Below, piece after piece: positions 59,457 through 64,000 of a stretch of DNA of 64,000 bases. The DNA is taken from assembly GCA_027317865.1 (NCBI GenBank), contig DAHVQG010000005.1, positions 32,001 to 96,000 of the forward strand, in the 5' to 3' direction. The notes below the pieces were generated by a model. It ran no database searches. It was not told where the DNA came from and was given only the letters and a program-made list of their open reading frames with translations. This DNA comes from Bdellovibrionales bacterium (lineage in GTDB: Bacteria > Bdellovibrionota > Bdellovibrionia > Bdellovibrionales > UBA1609). Made by a program: the position numbers and the translations under genes. Within the stretch, counting starts at the first letter, position 1; each line of letters begins with the position of its first letter.

Positions 59457-60356
59457 ATGGCAAGTTTAGTTTCGCAAGGCGAGAGAGTTCCGAAAACGCT
59501 TAAACTTTTTATCGGCGGTGAATTCCCGAGGACAGAATCGGGGCGAAGCTTTCCGGTTTATGATCAAGACTCAAAAAAAGTTTTTGCGCAATTGTGCCAG
59601 GCTTCGCGTAAAGATTTTCGAAACGCGATCGCGGCGTCACTAAAAGCGTGCGAGCAATGGCAACAGCGGACAGCTTACAATCGGGCTCAAATTCTCTACC
59701 GTATGGCTGAAATGACGGAGGGGCATCGCGAAGATATGGTTTCAGTTTTGAAAAGCACGAGTGGTGTAAATGCGCAAACCGCAGAAAATTCGATCGATCA
59801 GGTCGTCGACGCGTTTGTGTATTATGCCGGGTTTTGCGACAAATATTCGCAGTTGAGCGGTTGTGTAAATCCCGTGAATGGTCCACATCATGCGTTTACA
59901 ACTCCTGAGCCGGTTGGGTGTGTGGATTGTCTATTTGACGACGACATGGGCGCAGCAGCGGCGTTGCCATTAGTTGCGTCGACATTGGCATCGATTATTA
60001 CAAGCGGCAGTGTGGTAACGGCCCTTTTACCAACGGCCGCTGCGGCCCAAATTGCATCCCTTGGCGAAATTTTTGCGACATCTGATCTTCCGAAAGGAGT
60101 CGTTAATCTTTTAACCGGAAATCGCAGCGAATTGATTGATCACATGGCTTCTCATATGGAGGTTCAAAGCGTTTGCTACGTGGGTTCAGATCGCGCGGTT
60201 AAAGAAAAGCTTAAGACTCTCGGCGCTGAAAACATGAAGCGCGTTGTGTGGCGTGAGCTACACGCAAACGCAGCGGACACTAATGAAAATCTTCGTCTTG
60301 AAAACATTCTCAGTTTTGTCGAGTACAAAACCGTTTGGCATCCGGTCGGGAATTAA
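59457..60356 (+). CDS. Truncated ALDH-family protein (Rossmann-like domain only)
   Basis: KLFIGGEFPRTESGR, AYNRAQILYR, GVVNLLTG, KTVWHP; lacks ELGG and the catalytic Cys domain. Confidence 0.85.
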   Translation: MASLVSQGERVPKTLKLFIGGEFPRTESGRSFPVYDQDSKKVFAQLCQASRKDFRNAIAASLKACEQWQQRTAYNRAQILYRMAEMTEGHREDMVSVLKSTSGVNAQTAENSIDQVVDAFVYYAGFCDKYSQLSGCVNPVNGPHHAFTTPEPVGCVDCLFDDDMGAAAALPLVASTLASIITSGSVVTALLPTAAAAQIASLGEIFATSDLPKGVVNLLTGNRSELIDHMASHMEVQSVCYVGSDRAVKEKLKTLGAENMKRVVWRELHANAADTNENLRLENILSFVEYKTVWHPVGN

Positions 60357-60381
60357 AATATAACCCACAAATCGTTTGGCT

Positions 60382-61791
60382 TTACGGCGACGAGATCGGA
60401 TCCGAAAACCGCATCCGTTTATAAAGAGTTTTGCGATCGATACCCAATTCGCGGGCTGTCTTGTCTTTAGCGCCATCATTTTTTGAAACTGCGTATTCAA
60501 CATATTTTTGAATGACATCTTGAAGCCGCAAGAGATTTCCCGTGTATTTCACGACGAAATCGTCGCCGCCATAGGTGCTGACGCCTGATGGATTTGCCTC
60601 GATGACCAAATCGGGATTAGCCATCAAAAAATCGGAATATTTCACTTGGCTATCCGTAGCCATGACGACGGCCCGCTCAACAGCATTTTCGAGCTCGCGA
60701 ACATTACCCGGCCAAAGATATTCAAGCATAAATTTAATAGCTTCTTTCGAAAATGTACGCGCGGGTGACCCATTAACAGCGGCAAATTTTTTAAGAAAAC
60801 TTTCAGCTAACGGGAGAATGTCCTCGGAACGTTCGCGTAAAGGCGGCAAAGGAATTGGTATCACATTGAGCCTGTAGAATAAGTCGTCTCTAAACCGGCC
60901 AGCTACGATTTCTAGCGGTAGATTTTTATGAGTTGCCGAAATTACCCTGGCGTCTATGGCGCGCAACTGATTTTCGCCCACGCGCTGAATTTTCTTTTCT
61001 TGTAAGACTCGTAAAAGTTTTGCCTGAAGTTGAAGGCTAAGATCCCCAATTTCGTCTAGGAACAAAGTGCCGCCCTCAGCTTCTTCAAAAAGGCCCATCT
61101 TTTTTTCGTGAGCTCCGGTAAATGCTCCTTTGGCGTGGCCGAACAATTCGGACTCGAGCAGATTTTCTGGTATAGCCGAGCAATTAATGGCTACAAATGG
61201 CCCGGCCTTTCTTGGACTCTCGGCATGAATATAACGAGCCAGAACTTCTTTTCCTGTGCCGCTTTCGCCGTAAATAAAAACGTTGGCCGTGCTACGCGCC
61301 ACTCTTTTCGCTACTTGAAGGGCGCCAATGAATTTAGGGCTGCGGCCGATAATATTGTTGTAACTGCTTTCGGTTCCCTTGATATGTTGACGGAGTTCCG
61401 TAATGTCCTCTTTAAGCGAATTCAAATGCAGGGCGCGCTCGACTGAAACAAGAAGTTGCGGAAAGTGAAGTGGCTTAACCAAAAAATCGTATGCGCCTTT
61501 TTGAATGGCGATGACCGCATTTTCAACGGACTTTGAAACTGTGATTAGAATGATTGGTAAATCAGGTTTGATCTTCTTCATTTTTTCGATGAAATCAAAT
61601 CCTGACATTTGCGGGAGTTGTAAATCGGTAATGAGAACATCCCAATTAATTTCGTTACCTTTTTCTTGAACGGCGGACAAGGCGGATTCCGCGTCGCTGA
61701 AGCAGGTGACCTGGTACCCTTTTGGTTGGAAAAAGGCTTTTACAAGATCTAAAATGTCATTATCATCATCAACGATTGCGAGATTTTTCAA
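60382..61791 (-). CDS. Sigma54-dependent response regulator (NtrC/AtoC family)
   Basis: Receiver domain VDDD/TDLQLP/KP, GESGTGKE, GAFTGA, FLDEIG, WPGNVREL, Fis-type HTH. Confidence 0.95.
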   Translation of the reverse strand: MKNLAIVDDDNDILDLVKAFFQPKGYQVTCFSDAESALSAVQEKGNEINWDVLITDLQLPQMSGFDFIEKMKKIKPDLPIILITVSKSVENAVIAIQKGAYDFLVKPLHFPQLLVSVERALHLNSLKEDITELRQHIKGTESSYNNIIGRSPKFIGALQVAKRVARSTANVFIYGESGTGKEVLARYIHAESPRKAGPFVAINCSAIPENLLESELFGHAKGAFTGAHEKKMGLFEEAEGGTLFLDEIGDLSLQLQAKLLRVLQEKKIQRVGENQLRAIDARVISATHKNLPLEIVAGRFRDDLFYRLNVIPIPLPPLRERSEDILPLAESFLKKFAAVNGSPARTFSKEAIKFMLEYLWPGNVRELENAVERAVVMATDSQVKYSDFLMANPDLVIEANPSGVSTYGGDDFVVKYTGNLLRLQDVIQKYVEYAVSKNDGAKDKTARELGIDRKTLYKRMRFSDPISSP

Positions 61792-61928
61792 TTGTCATAG
61801 CTCCGGTCTTCATTTTTGTTTTCAGCAGAAAATTATCACAGGTCCAATTTGTTCTCAATGTCTCGTACTTTTTGTGCACGTGAAAAGCTCGCCGATCAAT
61901 CAAATCATAACACGAACAAAATCCGCGA

Positions 61929-61944
61929 TGGAATCAAGCTTGCT
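61929..61944 (+). promoter_or_regulatory. Putative sigma54 promoter for the DUF1328/OMP genes
   Basis: TGGAATCAAGCTTGCT with exact GG-N10-GC spacing and TTGCT -12 element; divergent from an enhancer-binding protein gene. Confidence 0.65.
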
Positions 61945-62061
61945 ATTTTCTGCATAAAACATTGGCGATTGAGAATTCAAATCAAGCCGGTGTTAAAAAA
62001 ATTAAATAACTGGTGCGGGTGGTATAAGGACTGAACGGCAACTGCGCACGAAGGAGAAAAA

Positions 62062-62244
62062 ATGATTCGAATGGCGATCTCGTTTTTTGTGTTAGCGATT
62101 GTCTCCTTTATTTTTGGAGCGTACGGCATCGCCGGTTTTTCTGCTGAGATTGGCCGGATTCTGCTTTTTGTTTTTCTTGTTCTTGCAGTCGTATCGTTTA
62201 TCGGCGCATTGATTACGGGCCGATCGCCGAGGCAACTGCCTTGA
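62062..62244 (+). CDS. DUF1328 (UPF0391/YtjA-like) small membrane protein
   Basis: AISFFVLAIVSFIFGAYGIAGFSAEIGRILLFVFLVLAVVS; AAGGAG RBS. Confidence 0.88.
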   Translation: MIRMAISFFVLAIVSFIFGAYGIAGFSAEIGRILLFVFLVLAVVSFIGALITGRSPRQLP

Positions 62245-62936
62245 CGAAAACGCATTTGAAACAAAGGCATTGTTTGGCGCTGACAGTTTTGTTTTGGACA
62301 GCGACGTGTTTGGCCGCCAGGGTAAACAGTCAAGCGGGCGGAGCTACGCAAACAACGGCGGCAAAAATATCGGCACAGTCAAAAATTCAGCAACGTTACG
62401 GTGGGTTCTATTTTGAGCCAGGTTTTGCTCTTGAGACCGGCCGAACGTCGTCCAGTTATCCCATGACAAATTCGGCCGGTAGCTCTGACGGATTTGGAGT
62501 GCTGGTAAGAGCGGGTTATGAATTGAGACATTTTATAATTGCGGCACTTGATTGGCGAATGGCACTCACTCAATTTCATGACGCCGCACTCGATTACACG
62601 GCTAATGCCACAAGTGCGAATTGGGCCGTATTGGGCGGGCTTCAGATTCCTAACACTGCAGTTAGGGGATGGATCGAATATATTTTTGCCGGCACCTTGA
62701 ACCCAAGTGCGGCCGGCAGTGGTCTTGACCTGCGCTACGGTGGGGCCACAGGGTATCGCATTGGCCTTGGCTATAAATTTGCCACCGATACGAGTGCAAA
62801 TATTGAGTATCAATTACTTCGGTATAACCAAACGCGTGTCGAACAAAGTGGACCCTATACCGGCGTCAATTTTAACGGGAGCACCTTGGGGGATGCCTCT
62901 CTTATTGCCGGGGTTTCGTTTCCGCTCGAATTTTGA
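62241..62936 (+). CDS. Outer membrane beta-barrel protein
   Basis: Signal peptide, alternating amphipathic strands, GYRIGLGYKF, C-terminal Phe. Confidence 0.8.
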   Translation: MTKTHLKQRHCLALTVLFWTATCLAARVNSQAGGATQTTAAKISAQSKIQQRYGGFYFEPGFALETGRTSSSYPMTNSAGSSDGFGVLVRAGYELRHFIIAALDWRMALTQFHDAALDYTANATSANWAVLGGLQIPNTAVRGWIEYIFAGTLNPSAAGSGLDLRYGGATGYRIGLGYKFATDTSANIEYQLLRYNQTRVEQSGPYTGVNFNGSTLGDASLIAGVSFPLEF

Positions 62937-63059
62937 TCATTCTTTTGACAACTGTTAGACAAGAAGCGGCGCTGGCCGGTTGGCCAGGGGCAATTCAGTG
63001 ACATGGTTTCCGCTTAGTTTTGAATTGGAGCTGGCATGGCTTGCAATAGAGATATGTAA

Positions 63060-63147
63060 GTGATTGCGTCGTTGCCCCCCCTCGATAGCAGTCACTTTCA
63101 CCCCCATCCCCCGAGACCTCGCTTTCCCCCCAAAGCGAGGTTTTTTT
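63060..63147 (+). ncRNA. Candidate C-rich small RNA (two hairpins, C-rich linker, U-tail)
   Basis: Stem GTGATTGC-GTCG / CGAT-A-GCAGTCAC with loop TTGCCCCCCCT, linker TTTCACCCCCATCCCCCGAG, terminator hairpin with poly-C loop. Confidence 0.55.
63116..63147 (+). terminator. Rho-independent terminator
   Basis: ACCTCGCTTT-CCCCCC-AAAGCGAGGT followed by a T run. Confidence 0.9.
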
Positions 63148-63154
63148 ATTGTCA

Positions 63155-63178
63155 ATTATTATACATGCGTATAATAAT
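63155..63178. promoter_or_regulatory. Probable TetR operator overlapping a TATAAT box
   Basis: Perfect inverted repeat ATTATTATAC-ATGC-GTATAATAAT upstream of the TetR gene. Confidence 0.65.
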
Positions 63179-63221
63179 ATTGAATTGGAGGATGCTGGTC
63201 ACAGATGTGGCAAAACACGTT

Positions 63222-63851
63222 ATGCCTAGACCATCGCACAATATAGACAAGCGAATGCTTGAAGCCGCAAAAAAAATCGTTTGTGAGCACGGCTGTAGTG
63301 GTATTCGGATCCGGGACATTGCGGCCAAGGCGCACGCGAACCTCGGGATGTTTCATTACTACTTCAAAAGTAAGCGGCGATTCACCAAAGTTTTATTGCA
63401 AGACTGCTATGACGATTTTTTTAGCCGTCTTTCGACGGCCTCGCGCGATGGTGACCGTGCAATTGATCAGTTGCGAAGTGTCTTACTTGCCGCGGCAACA
63501 TTCGTGAAGCAAGAACACAAATTTTATTCCGCGCTTTTCAAAGATATTTTAAATGAAAACCAAGAAGTTTTAGAGTTCGTCAGATCGAATTTTCCGCGCC
63601 ATATTCAATTGATAAAGGAGCTGATACTACGGGCGCAAAAGGAGCAAGATATCGTGAAATTGCCCTTTCCACAGGTGATGTCATTTCTAATGACCAGTCT
63701 GAATCTACCGACGCTCATTGCCTATGCTCTTGAGGCGGGCGTGAAAAAAACCGGTCGTACTAGTAAATACAAAGTCGATATAGGCTGCATAGTGTCTGAT
63801 GCGGCAATTAAAGAGCGCCTCAATATGGCGCTCAGGGGGCTTGCGCCGTGA
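63222..63851 (+). CDS. TetR/AcrR family regulator
   Basis: MPRP..., IRDIAAKAHANLGMFHYYFKSK HTH. Confidence 0.92.
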   Translation: MPRPSHNIDKRMLEAAKKIVCEHGCSGIRIRDIAAKAHANLGMFHYYFKSKRRFTKVLLQDCYDDFFSRLSTASRDGDRAIDQLRSVLLAAATFVKQEHKFYSALFKDILNENQEVLEFVRSNFPRHIQLIKELILRAQKEQDIVKLPFPQVMSFLMTSLNLPTLIAYALEAGVKKTGRTSKYKVDIGCIVSDAAIKERLNMALRGLAP

Positions 63852-64000
63852 AATCTAATTTCGTGACAATTATCATTGCGATTTTAATAGCTGCGCAGGG
63901 ATTTTCGCTAAAAGCACAAGCGCAAAAACAAAATTCATTTTCAATGAGCCTTAAACAGGCTGAAGCGCGAGCCCTTCGTTTTTCGGATCAGTTAAAGGCC
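63848..64000 (+). CDS. Probable TolC-family outer membrane protein, N-terminal part (runs off window edge)
   Basis: GTG overlapping the TetR stop; signal peptide MKSNFVTIIIAILIAAQGFSLKAQA then MSLKQAEARAL, typical of a TolC N-terminus. Confidence 0.6.
   Translation, partial: MKSNFVTIIIAILIAAQGFSLKAQAQKQNSFSMSLKQAEARALRFSDQLKA

Noticed and set aside
59457-60356. Truncated ALDH as a pseudogene
   Set aside because: Intact frame, own start codon and a clean domain-level deletion are consistent with a functional accessory subunit.
63032-63045. sigma54-like TGGCATGGCTTGCA upstream of the candidate sRNA
   Set aside because: GG-to-GC spacing is 8 nt, not the required 10. The alternative register at 63026-63041 has the spacing but a poor -12 element, so the promoter is left unassigned.
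63060-63221. Long N-terminal extension of the TetR ORF
   Set aside because: It runs through a strong terminator and the operator palindrome; the TetR-like sequence starts at MPRP (63222).

Overview
Gene-dense chromosomal window that most resembles a Bdellovibrionota (Bdellovibrio-like) bacterium. The main evidence is the dnaX-ybaB-recR-mglA synteny without mglB, MglA Ser21, and a TIGR02147-family gene. It holds glnB-glnA, trmL, secA, a complete caa3-type (A2) cytochrome c oxidase operon, maiA/FAH, mltA-purN, olsB/olsA-like acyltransferases, tRNA-Val(TAC), SRP RNA, nadA, a divergent membrane pyrophosphatase, peptide and amino-acid transporters, deoC with a split ALDH16-like pair, and an NtrC-type regulator. 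I found no mobile element, CRISPR array or rRNA. The two strongest candidates for undescribed biology are (1) a five-gene partner-switching module (two RsbW-like kinases, a STAS protein, a FIST/NosP-like sensor and a PP2C phosphatase) at 17.1-22.5 kb and (2) an unannotated C-rich two-hairpin small RNA at about 63.06-63.15 kb whose unpaired regions complement the poly-G ribosome-binding sites of several genes in this window. The supplied ORF 22477..23319 is labelled + but reads on the - strand. All calls come from motif recognition by eye; no searches were run.
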